This document shows, in pieces, positions 34,902 to 47,506 of a stretch of 64,000 nt of DNA. Numbering within the stretch: position 1 is the stretch's first letter; every line of letters begins with the position of its first letter. The notes beneath the pieces were generated by a model. That model saw only the letters and a program-made list of their open reading frames with translations, was not told the origin of the DNA and did no database searches. The position numbers were made by a program, and so were the translations under genes. The stretch comes from Phoronis australis (taxonomy: Eukaryota > Animalia > Phoronida). The stretch is from assembly GCA_002633005.1 (NCBI GenBank), contig NMRA01000139.1, positions 310,001 to 374,000 on the forward strand. Reading direction: 5' to 3'.

Positions 34902-37900
34902 CCGGAGTCACAGTCGACAGAGCTTGGGTGCGGCAACGTTGACTTTATTCATTTCCAAAACATTTCTATAATAAAATACAGTTGCATGCTTCCTGCACTA
35001 GTTATTCGTTTAATATTAACTTTTGGATCAGAAATCAATTCAAATAAAATAACTTTATTGACCGCTTCTGTGCTAAACATTGGTAACACTGTAACACTGT
35101 ACACAATCGGTTGTCAAGCGATAGAGGCATACATTTCCCATAATGGAACTGCGGCGGCAAATTCAAGATGGCAGATTTGCACATTCGCTTTGGAAAGTGA
35201 TAGCAGTGGCGATTGGCAAATAAAACCAGTTCAAGGATTACAACAGTTTTAACAGTTGGTGTGAATGGTAAACTGGTAATTTGATTGCATATAAGTTACA
35301 ACAATAGAAAGTGTTAAAACCAGGTTATGTAAGTTGGCATGAACAAAGTTTAACTTGGTGTGAACAAAGCTTAAGAGCAAGTACGTTCTACTTTGTTTAT
35401 GTAGGACAAGTCTCCATATTTAACCAAATGCCTACAAAACTATAAATTTTTAACTGGGTAAAAGTAATACATTTTCTGAAAGCAGAAATCCTATAGACTT
35501 TGATTTTTGATTTTTTACCAATCTGCCATTCATTGGGTCACGTGACCATGCAAAGAAGAAAGGTACATTGATAGCAAAATAATATATGCATAACATCATC
35601 AAATTTCAAGATATAAAATCAAAGGAAGGTCTCAAAAACGCTGAACATTACAGTTTTCTTAAATATCATTTTGTTATCTTAAGGTTCTGTAGAACAATAG
35701 ACAAATGTTCAAATTTGAGTAACTTTGTAACGTCATCTCAAAAATAGCCAACTGGATTCAGTATGTTTTACACACTGTTGTCCAAAACACTGTTAGCAAT
35801 TGGTTCCACTTTTGCCCAAGATGCTACGACAAATAGGACATTACGATTTCCCATAAAAAACTCAAAAGTTGCATAAAACGAAAAAAGAAATATGTTGTGA
35901 TCATATTATTCCTTTCCTCTGTCAAAAAATTATTTGATCAATATACGGTACTAGACAAGGCCATCGTACTGGTTTGAGATCTTCCGCCGCATATGCAATT
36001 CCTCCGTCATTCAGTCAGCATTCAGAAGGTCTACAGTTATGATGTGCATCAACAACTGGAATTCTCTTCAAGTATCCGTTAAGGAAAGCAACTACTTACA
36101 GTATAAAAACAATTTCAGAACTGTTTTTCATAATTTTGACAATTCAATAGCCCTGACACAATTCTTGCTTCCCCGCACAAACGAAACAGCATAGTACCGA
36201 TCGAGATGCAGTCTTTTCCTCAACCCTGACAAGTTTAGGCACAACTTTAGTAATGTCTCTCCAAACTGTAAATGTGGTGACCATCAACATTATCCTCATG
36301 TCTTCTTCAACTGTGTTCTCAGGATACACTTTGCGGAGATTCTTCACTTTTTTCACCGAGAAATTTTACTGAGTTAAAGTTTGTTGATGCCTGACTAAAT
36401 AGACAGCCTAGTTAAGGTCTTTATCGTGATTGGACAAACCTTTTTAGGTTAAAACCATGTGATGTCGGACTCCCTATAACTAACACTCTGAGGGTGACTC
36501 ACTGGATACTATGGGGAAAATTCAAACAGAATACGAAACTGCTGTGGAGTCATGCCAAATTTATACAAAGGAAACAAAAATTAGTAGCTTATGAAACTGA
36601 TCATGTCTCTCATATAGAAAGCTAGACAGCCCAACAATTGCTTGATTTACAGCCCAGCACTCCCTTTTAATGCAAAGATCAAACGTCATTGTCTCTTGGT
36701 TTTGTTTTAAAAGCTACAAATCCTGGTTTATCTTACGGTCACATTTCAGTAGAATTACTAAACAATATTTACTGTAAAATTCCAGAGATTTTCTATAATT
36801 ATATGCAAGATTAGTAGTGTCGCAACTGAGCCTGTACCTGTCATTCGCATTCTTTATGCAAAGCAAACACAATGACATGTTTGAAAATACACACCATAAC
36901 ACATGACTATTACTTTAGCCATAATCCAGCACAAATCATTTCAAAACAACTTTTAATGCTTGTGACCAACAAATTGGCATCAAAGCCAATATAACTCTAA
37001 ACCCTTTAAAACGCATAACAGAGAATGTATTAGAAGTTCAAGAGTTCAAAATGGTAAATGGGGTTTTCCTGGAATTCACCAGATCATCCACAATAGAAAT
37101 AGGACAGTACGCGACAGGAATCTCTAGTCCTGAGGTTGGCAAAATAGGCTCGTTTCAGAAATGTCAGACTGATTTTAGGAATCGTGTCAGAAAACATTGC
37201 ATCCACAGATACTGCTCAAGATTTATGCTAAAATGTCACCAATTTTGGACCAAAATTGCCTTTTTTATTTTTCAAGCGTTTCTAAAATTGTTGTGCACAG
37301 ATCACATTTAATCAAAACATTAACTGATGGTAGCTATGACACGTAACTTGAACATAGAAAAGTATTAGTTTAGGGCGACACATCTTTCATGGAAAAAAGT
37401 GATAAGTTGTAGTTTCACTAGTGGTCCACATTGTGTCCTAAATCTTACTGTAACTTTCTGCCACTGGAGTTGCAGCTCACAGCACAACAGCAGAACTTTG
37501 GAAGGCCGAATACAGTTAACGAAGTCTAGAAAAACTTGAAATTGGCAAGGCACCAACAACATAACATGAAAATGAGACTAGAAAACTGCTCGATGGATGT
37601 TGCAATATTGTGGGTAAACACGACAAGATTCAAGTGTCGCAATGTAATCAACGATCATCTTATTGGCTACCTATCAAAACTAATTTAGGATAAACTCAGG
37701 TGCCTTCCTAGCATAACTATAACAACTGATATGAAGCAATTCAATTTGGAAGGGTTAGTCAACCCTGTGAAAGTACTATTAACTTAGTCGCTTTCCTGGA
37801 CAATACTAACATCTGCCTCATGACTGGACAGCTTTGACAAATTTTGTGTTCAGCCAAGAAAAAAACGTTCCAAAGTTTTCCATTTGGAATGACTTACATC

Positions 37901-39656
37901 CCCATGCTCATCATATTCATAAGGGTACCAGCAAGCAGAAAAGGTATCAGAATACTTGGTTTGGACGAGTTCCCCATTCTGAGTCGCTCATATCAGTAGG
38001 AGCTAGACAATTTCTTGTCTCTTGTATTCTTAGAAACCAAATACACAGCCACCAGGGCTAGACAATTTTGTTGGAATGAACTTGGCTAATTGATGAATGA
38101 CAAGATTACTACATTACAACACTGCAAAAATGCCACTTTGAATGAGGTTCAAATATTACAGAGGTATAGTTTGAGTCAATCAAAGTTCAATTTCTTTTCA
38201 CGTGATCTTAAAGATAAGACAAGAATCCATGACACAATCTATTGGAAACTACAAGAACAGGCCATTTTGGGGTAAAATATCGGCCCCATTCCCCTCTCAA
38301 AAATATTGCAAAATCACAGGTAATTCCCCTCACGAGGCCTAAAAATTACCCTCAAGTAATTCAAACTTTCCCCTCAAGGTTCGAATCACTTCTAACTCAC
38401 AGGTAATAATTTGAAAGAACACAAAATGTTACGGTAGTTTTGGCTACTTGAAGCAGAGCCTATACAACAGGGCAGAGGTGCTAGTGATGGCGATTGGGAA
38501 ATCGGTAGAATTTCGCCCTCACTCAAGAAAATCCCCTATCAGGAGACAAGGCACCTTTCCCCTCGGACGCACGAGGGTCCTTCAGGTAGACACACCGGAG
38601 ATGCGAAGAGAAACAACTGAGCAAAAGTCCCGGAAAGGAATTACCTGAAACACCAACAAGGCAAATGCTGCATATTCCACTGCAAGAGACTATAACTGCA
38701 GACTTTCTTAGTTCCAACATCCACCTGGCACTCCTCAAACTATTACTGGCCATGGGTTTTTCCATGATGCTGAAAATTCCTTCACTGGCTACTAATCAAA
38801 TAACACAGTGGTGTGACAGGCAACAGGGAGACCAAGTCATCAGTGGCAGAATGTGGTCTATTGTCAATGCTGTGCAAGGTCATGTTAGCAGTCCTTTGTA
38901 TGAAAGCTATTGATCCTGCAACACAGGTAGAAGACCTCATTGATGGGGATCAATAGACATGCAGGAAAAAGGGATAAAATAAACATAAGACCACAGTGAA
39001 CACCTTTGTATCTGCCTGTGGGTTCAAGAAAAATAACATGTTGCCTATAGCTGCTGTTTATTCAAGTAGCGTGAATTGTTGTATGGTATTGACTACCCAC
39101 CACATTCAATGATTTTTCAAAAGGTTTGCCTTTGGTTCACTGCTGACTGGTTAAACACAAAGGCAAATAATGTTAGAATTAATGTCAACACTGAATGAAA
39201 AAAATTAAGTGAATGGAAAATACCACATACTTGCCAGTTTCTGGTTGCTTGGATAGATGAACCGGTTTTATGATGCGGTACTCAATAAAATGCAGGTCAC
39301 TTGTACCATAAAAAGGAGAAATTTAAAACATAACAAGACTTTGTGACTTGGATTTCCAAGCACTACTGACTTGTATTTAGCTAATCCCATCATTTTTTCT
39401 TGCATACGGTAATCTCTCTAGATTACATCCACTCTTAACTTTACGACCACCAAAAATAAATTATTTGCCATTTTCAATTATTTCCTCCCTAGAAAGTACG
39501 ACCAGTGAAAACTGGCACTCCGAGCCCTTTCTATAAATATGAACGCTAGACAACTCATGGAGGATAAAATGTCTTCCCTTATGAACACTTGTGGCAGTAG
39601 TGTCCTTAGTTGAAATGTATTTTTGGCAATCTCAACGCCGTGTAAAATTTGCAATA

Positions 39657-41907
39657 CCGTATTCGCCGTAACAACCGCCCATGCCCCTATAAGCGCCCCC
39701 CCACACGTTTTCAGACTTTGCTGAAATAAGCGCACAGTCCATGAACGTGTACATGCGAACAATGACGTACCTACAGTCCTAAAACTCGGCTACAGTAACG
39801 TCTTCAATTTATCAAAACATTTTTGCACGGGTCTTCTAGACCACCAGCGCCACTGCTACGGTAGCCGTGACTTTACACTTCAAAGTAGCGCAGCGCTTCA
39901 AAAAGAACGCAACAGCGTTGCTACGCTCTCGCGACGACCGTGTCCCACTATGGCCTGACCTTTCAGTAGACACACCAACTGTATCATGAATAAAAATAAC
40001 TTGGTGTTAAATGCACGTGGCCAGGAAGCGCGCGCTACATACATGAACCTGTCATCAAAGACATTAGTTGGGAACTATCCATTCATGAAACGGATAGCAT
40101 AGCATCGATAAGAAATGAATATTGGCACTAATTTCCGACAATTTCTAATACTATAAAACATGTTTGCGTTATTTTTGAGATGGATTGTTTGATTAACCAT
40201 AATTTGTGTTTTTAAGCCGAATATCCGATAAAATGACAACTAACAGTGAATGCTTACACACCCTTACACCGAAAATAACGGTCAGATAGTTACGTACGCA
40301 TCCAGCTACACGGCGACTTATACGGGCCTTACCGAGACAAATGTCGAAAGTTTTTAGCACGAGACCGGAAAGTGCTGAATGAAACACGCTCTGGGCCCGG
40401 TCTCCAATCTCCGTACTCAGACTCATACTCATACTCGAGATTTCATACTCAAAATCGTGCTCACTGGAGTCGTACTCAAAAAAGCGTATCTAATGTCGGA
40501 TTTCGAGTAGACTCCAAACGTACTCAAATCTGACACTCATACTCGAGTTGCTATGGAACTCTTTATGATGTGAAATGCAAAATCACGCAAAGCCGCGCTG
40601 ATTCATCGCTNNNNNNNNNNNNNNNNNNNNNNNNNNNNNNNNNNNNNNNNNNNNNNNNNNNNNNNNNNNNNNNNNNNNNNNNNNNNNNNNNNNNNNNNNN
40701 NNNNNNNNNNNNNNNNNNNNNNNNNNNNNNNNNNNNNNNNNNNNNNNNNNNNNNNNNNNNNNGCCTGTTGCCAGGAATTGTAGAAGTAGAATGGCTGCCG
40801 TAACATACAGTGATACGGCGGGTTAATAAGGTGAAGAATAAGAAGATTTAAGATGAAAACTATTATCTCTGAACTGAAATTGAAGTGCTGAGATACGGTA
40901 AGAGGACTTATTTTTTTAGATTTGCTGTGTTTCTTGGTTCCCTTTCGATATTTTGTTCTCTGGCTCGTATTTATTTTCGAGTACGATTTCAAGCACACTG
41001 CCATACCAAACTTGAAATTTAGAGCATATACTCGGAAATTTTACTCAAAATCGTACTCGAAATATGGATGAAATACACTTCGCTTCGAGTATACTCGAAA
41101 ATTGAGTACGTGCTCGAAATTTCGAGTACAGATTTTTCGAGTATGACATTGAATACACCAAAGCTGAGTCTGTACTCGAGTTGAGTATGAAGTGTGAGTT
41201 TGAGCATGATTCGAGTCTGAGTACGGAGATTGGAGACCGGGCCCTGGTTTAGGCCTTGTGCAAATTTCTTTAGACACATCTAGCTAGTCAGATTGCGTGG
41301 CTGTGGCCAAATGACGGTCTCTGCTTTGGCAAATGAACTCTGGTGACACGCACGCGCTCGCTTACTCGCAGACCTTCAAAACAAACGTCACGTGAAAACA
41401 ACACGTGTGTTTTCTTCCAGACATTTTTCTCGCCGTGTTGCCGATCATACATGTAGATGGCACGATGTTGCACAGATATGTACTTAAACCTGCCGTTAAT
41501 ACAGACTCCATGGGAACTTAAAAATCTTAGAGACGCTACTTATAAAACTTAATGAGGATTTCAGGTAATTTGCTTGAATCGAAACCATTTTTATTCAAGC
41601 ATTAAAGTCGCCATATCGAAGACGGCAATTTTGAGGCAGTCAGTCGGCAAGTTTTCCCCCTTGGATTTCAGCACAATTTTCTGCAAAGGATCGTAATTTA
41701 GCAGCAAAGTTTGATAGCAATGCACCACAGTTTTGTTGAAAGTCTTTCATAGATTACATATACGTCACAGAGCGTAACTTTGAAGAATCTTAGCTTCCGA
41801 TTTCACCCGTTTCGGAAACCGGGTTTCAACCGTCTTGGGTTATAATAAGCGCCCCCCCTGAACCGAACTTTTCTAAGCGCCCTGGGCAGTTATTACGGCG
41901 AATACGG
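39657..41907. mobile_element. Non-autonomous Tc1/mariner (Tc2-like CCGTA termini) element, copy 1
   Basis: TA|CCGTATTCGCCGTAACAACCGCCC ... GGGCAGTTATTACGGCGAATACGG|TA. I see no transposase ORF. Confidence 0.85.
40394..41243. mobile_element. PIF/Harbinger-type element, copy B, nested in the Tc1/mariner copy (spans N gap 40611-40762)
   Basis: TIR GGCCCGGTCTCCAATCTCCGTACTCAGACTC with a perfect 3-bp CTG TSD (40391-40393 and 41244-41246). The empty site is visible in copy 2 at ~49143-49165. Confidence 0.85.
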
Positions 41908-44900
41908 TATCCACCAATGCCATTGTGGCTATATCCCGACCTGTAGTATATCAGATCTATCTTCCTTGTCGCATACACATGTTATGTAAGCCTTTGCTGA
42001 TTGAGAAAGTAACATCTGAGGCAAAGACTAACGTTTTCCCAGAAGTATGACACAAAACAAAAAATTCTATACTCTCTGTACGTCAGAGTATGTACTGAAC
42101 ACGTCCGCTTACCATAATCCGTCTTCTCAGAACTGGTAATTCCGAGGCACTTATGGTTCGCTGTAGTTCATTTTTATAACAATGAGGTAACATATTTCCA
42201 CTTTATGGCTTAGCAGTAAAAGTTGTTCAAAAAGCGCCCGTGCCCACAAGACGCTGTGTTTAAAGATCAAATGGGTGCACTGCATAGTTTCCACCTGCCA
42301 ATCAAGTCAATGTGATAAATCTTGACGATTCGATTGGCTGTAACTAGGATTACACATGCCTTCTTTCAAAATAGAAATCGTTGTAGCCGCAAGTACCAGT
42401 AATTAAAAATATAAATATGATATGCCATTCATGTATTCTTTGTTAAATGATTCGAAAGAAAAAATACAATATTCCCATTTATTAAATTTCATCTTCATTT
42501 TTTCATGCTAAACAACATTTCTTTAAACATTTTACTCACTGTGCCAAACATGCAGACAGGCTATGGGGGCCATTCTCCATGAAGGTTGTCCATTAAATTT
42601 TAAATGATTATTTTTCAGATTGGTTGTCATTTAAAATAGATATACTGTTCCCTGTCTGAGTAGGTCCTAATACTTTTAACGACATTCACTGCACAGCGCT
42701 AAAGTCAAGCACTTGGGCACAAACTTGTCAGCTGGGATGTAGGTCAAAGGGCATAGTACATGGAGCACAGCTCAATTTATGCAAGTCATAATCATTTTTT
42801 GACTAAACACAATCTTATCAGTGAGGACTGAGAATTCAGTCTCTTATCATAGTGCATCAAGTCACCTCTGAGTAGGACTAGCAAGGAACCCTCATACAGT
42901 TGCTTTCATTTGAGAATGAAATTTGCCAGAAAAATAAACTGTTTAAAGTTAAGTATTTGCACTTAACATTGAACGCAGCTTTGGTTGGTCAAACTTCAAA
43001 GATTAAACAAGAATGAAGTGATAAATAAACACAAATGAGGTCCATTCTACCCAGAGTATAATGGGAGAAAAGAACTACCTTGCTTCCTTCCTTCGAGAAA
43101 TAAAATCTGGGGTCAGTTGCATGTCAAGTCACTTGACAATTAAGACACAAAAATGGTCTTACACACCACACGACTCATTTCTGAACAATAAGTGAGTCTC
43201 ACCTGAGCAAAAAACTGTTGTCTCTGACAATATACAAATAACTGCCAATTTCAAATAAAAATATTTCTCACAATTACTTGGCAAAAACTTTATTCAGTAA
43301 TTGCAATGTGGAATCCACTCGGAGATTTCAGTGAAATACCCAGCCAAGTATGCAGGTACATGCCTGTGCAACCGTTTATGCTTGTGCAGGACAGTTTCAT
43401 TACGGCGTTCTACCGTTTTAGAAGACATGCTTTCTCAAGTCAAGTTTAAACAGCAGAAACTGTAATTTTGACTACCTGAAAAGTCTGCTGTAATGAAACG
43501 AGGTCAATCGTTTGAGTTTGTGCAAAATGGTACACAAACACGATTTTGACGAGTTAAGAAAAACGAATCGCTTGTATGTGAAATTGCAAAAGATTACTGG
43601 TATGACACCGAATTCCAAAATTTTATTCTCATAAAAATGCAGGTGTTCATGCTCATAGGATCAGCTAACCGGCTTTCAATGAAACGGGACACTGGGATCT
43701 GTTCCTCAGTAATGTGTATGTTTTTGGGAAAATCCAGAACAAGTGATCCTCAAAAGCCACACATCGAAACTTCTTCCAAAAGGAGTGGGTGGAGCGGCTT
43801 TACTGAACAAACCAGCTCGAGAGCACCTCGACTTGTCGGAGTAATAATGCTAGCAGGAGTCTATTCTCAAATGAAGCTAAAAATTCATGGAACAAGTCCC
43901 AATGCCGATAAAATGCCACACAGAGAAGACACGACACCTCGGCTACCATAGTTTATTCATTGCTATTGATGAAAACCTCTATTTGATGTCGAAAGTAGTT
44001 CTGCTAGGTTTCATCAACCCTTTGAAGCGTGGTAGATAATTGGTCTGCATGTTGTCATACACCAGATAAAAGACTGCTCGGCAGTTAACAAAAGAGCTAC
44101 ATGATATCATAGGCTCACAACCACTCTATGGGAGAACGCCCTAATGTCATCGCATCAATTGTTCAGGGATCTGAAGCACATTGACTGAGTTGATTTGTTA
44201 TCATGGATATTTTAAATAAACCAATAAGCATGCAACAATTAACAGAAAAGTTATGAATGAATTATGATGTGGGAGCGGCAGATTTCAATGTCTACACGCC
44301 ATGGCTCATTTCGATGTGATTCGTAGTTTCAATTTTCGCTGCTAGTTGCCTTAAAAGTAACAACTTATTTTTATCTTTGTAGAATATTATAGAGAAAATA
44401 TTGAACAAACAAACAGCTCCGAATAAAAAATTAATAAATTGGACCAGAATCGAAAAAAAAAATCAAATTCTTTCTAAAGAGAATTGAAGAAACTAACGCC
44501 AGATATTGGGCCACCATTGATGTCTATCCCATCCAAACGTCAACAGCAGCCGTGTTCTCCTCAGTAGGAACACATATACCCAATTTCATGAACAGGCACC
44601 AAGGAACTTGGTAAATATTGAGCCACAGGCAAAGAAAAACTAAATTGGCAATAGGGAAGACCGCAGCGGTCAGACCTATCATCAAATCTTCATAATGATC
44701 ATTTGAGTGGTTTAGTGCAGAGAGGTGCAAACCAAAAAGACTCAAAAATAATAAAAATGGCCACTAGGTGGTGCAGGATACGTCGGTCCATTCAAAATCT
44801 GGAAGGCGCCATCACTTCCTTAAAAGAGACAATGTTGTTGTTACAGCCGAAAGACACATTTTTAAGATTATTTTTTGGATGGGACAGACTTTTTGAAGTT

Positions 44901-45060
44901 ATTAGTTTTGACTAGAACAGTACTATAAAACTATAAAATCTGCTGAGTTACTGAAATTTTATTTCCAATCTCCCAATTTTCACCAATGTCTCCCAAACAT
45001 TTGCTGAAATCAAGGCCAGTGACTATACCAGCTAAGGACGCTTACAGCCATTCATCAAGT

Positions 45061-45290
45061 GAGAGTTGACTGCACAAGCAGAGGGTTGGCTGCACAAGTA
45101 GGGGGTTGGCTCCACAAGTAGAGGGTTGGCTCCACAAGTAGAGGGTTGGCTCCACAAGTAGAGGGTTGGCTGCACAAGTAGAGGGTTGGCTGCACAAGCA
45201 CATGGTTGGCTCCACAATTACAGGGTTGGCTGCACAAGAAGAGTGTTGGCTGCACAAGTAGAGGGTTGGCTCAAGAAGTACAGGGTTGGA
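45061..45290. repeat. 20-bp minisatellite, ~11.5 copies (GAGGGTTGGCT(C/G)CACAAGTA)
   Basis: Tandem units are directly visible and explain the repetitive ORFs here. Confidence 0.95.
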
Positions 45291-46172
45291 CTGGCACCAG
45301 GAAGGTTCCTGGTAAAAATCCGTGCTGAGGCTGATCTCACAAAATCACTTATCTCGCTGACAATGTACCTTAAAGAAAGCTATCTGCCATGAAAATCCGA
45401 AGATACTTAGGCGAATGCATCAAACCAAAATTACCATCAAAAAGCACAGCAGAAGTCAGATCCAACCAAAAGTATAATCGTCATCCATTCTCAGCTCCAT
45501 AGGAACACATCTGGCAACCTTCATGAACATCCTCCACACAGCATATTAGACGTTGGACGCCCACACAGAGATGACAGTGATGTGCGCCCATACATAATAT
45601 ATGAGGGCACATCAAAAGAACAATGTACAGTACCAACATAAATCAACCCATTTGCTATATGTACATCACAATTGGCCTTTTTACTGAGAGTGTAAAATCA
45701 ATGAGTGCATGTCCCAGAGCATAAAGCCTTCTACTACAAAATCCAGAAAGTGTCACGCAGGTGATCATCTGCTTGGTAAGCTTGCAGGTGATTCTGGATA
45801 GAGCCTACATGTTTTTATGCTATCTACGATAAAAAGAAAACCTGGCTGCTGAAATATGGCTAAGATATTATGTTAACGTCAGTTGAAGGTACTGCTCGCA
45901 ATCATGACAATTATTCCACAATCTTATTCATACATGGGTCTCTTCATACCAACGTTGACGTGTCAGTCTTTAGGGGAGTTGTAGTCAGTATGAATAGTTA
46001 ACTTCGGTCATGGATTGAAGTAAACCGCGCCAATTAAATTTGCAAAAATAGGTGGATTTAACAGCCAGAGCGTCCACGATGTGGTACGGTATGAACGGTC
46101 AGTTTCGGTCTCACAGAAGTTATCGCCAGGGGTTACTGTTATCATCAACAATTAAAGGGCAGTGACGTTACT

Positions 46173-47046
46173 AACAAGAGCAATGCAGAGCATTGAAATG
46201 GGCCCACGAATGTACCGCAAACAGGGTGCTTCTAGGGTTGCTTATTTGTATCATAAAATGGCCACTCGATGGCAAAAAACGTCAAATCCATCCAAAAACA
46301 GGAACATGTCATTGCTTTAGAAAGCTATTCACCAAATTTCCAAAAATCTGTCAAGGAACTTCAGGGAATCAAATGAAAATGGAAAAAATGAAATTGCTTA
46401 CTAGAGGGCACAGGGTTCGTTGGATCCATGTAAAAGTCATCGTCGTCTGTTGTTAGCTTCATATACATATACTTAGTAAATTTAATGAAGATCCTGCAAA
46501 CCGTTTAGGAGCTATAGCCATGGGCGCAAAAAAAACTGCCACAAGGAGGCGCCAGGTTGTTGAGAATCGTCATGATCCATCCTCTTCATAGTAAGAGCAT
46601 ATATGCCAATTTCCGTAATCATCCTTAGAGCAGTTTGGTTGATAGAGGGTTAGAAACCAAAAAACAGACTCGAAAACAGTAAAAATGGCCACTAAGTGGC
46701 GCACACTATGTTGAATCCATCCAAAAACGGAAGGATAGTATCATCTCACTAATAAATGCCAAAAAATCAAATTTTATGAAAATATGTTGAGGACTTTGAA
46801 GATGCAGAGGTAAACCTAAAAAACTAAAATTGCCACTAGGGGGCACACCTGCAGTCAGATCCGCCCGAAAGTTCTCTCATGTCGTCCCATCCATAAAAGG
46901 AAGACGTGCCAAATTTCAGGAAAATAGGTCAAAGGGTGGATGCCGAACGGACGCCGGATAGACGGATGCCCGGACGGATGGATGCTCGGACAGACAGAGA
47001 TGACGCCAGAATGCATCCACATATAAATATGTGGGCACATAATAAT
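46173..47046 (+). mobile_element. Non-autonomous Helentron/HINE-like element with internal ~140-bp tandem array
   Basis: It starts AACAAGAG and has subterminal IRs ATGGGCCCAC (46198) and GTGGGCACAT (47031). It also has five diverged units, a (GACG/GACA)n microsatellite at 46947-47000 and a 3' hairpin CCACATAT-AA-ATATGTGG. Confidence 0.65.
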
Positions 47047-47506
47047 TGCTTATATAATCACCAACCGAACTAGAAAATTTTTTATGTCAGTTAGCACATG
47101 TAAATGTTCTCAAATTGTCACATTAAAAACATCTTAGCATACATGGGAAGTACCATGATTGCTATCTTGTTTTTACTTTGATGACGACAGTGTCACCTAC
47201 CATTTACGTTGATGCACTTAACTACCAAAGAATTCAGTTAAGTTAGCAGTTAACGTTGATGTTCTGCTCATACCAGAGTTAAGTTGTAACTAAGAAAGGA
47301 CCTTATGACATCTGTCGCTGTTCGTAAAAAGGTCAACGCAAAGTTTATTATTTTGAAAAATCCCGCTTTAGGTAGTAAAGTGATATCAATCGTGCTCACC
47401 TCAGTAAACAGACTTCTGGGCTGCATTCTGAAAAGCAAGTTTTTTGTGAGAAACGTGAGATCGCGCAAGTCTTCGCAAGATAAAGTTACGCAATATAAGT
47501 AAAGTA

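Noticed and set aside
35760-36360. Possible transposase remnant on - (..KRIPVVDAHH.CR..)
   Set aside because: It is too decayed to assign by eye and needs tBLASTn against Repbase proteins.
45032-45392. Cys-rich repetitive ORFs (CSQPSTCGANP)
   Set aside because: They arise from a 20-bp minisatellite whose unit is not a multiple of 3, and I see no splice or promoter support.
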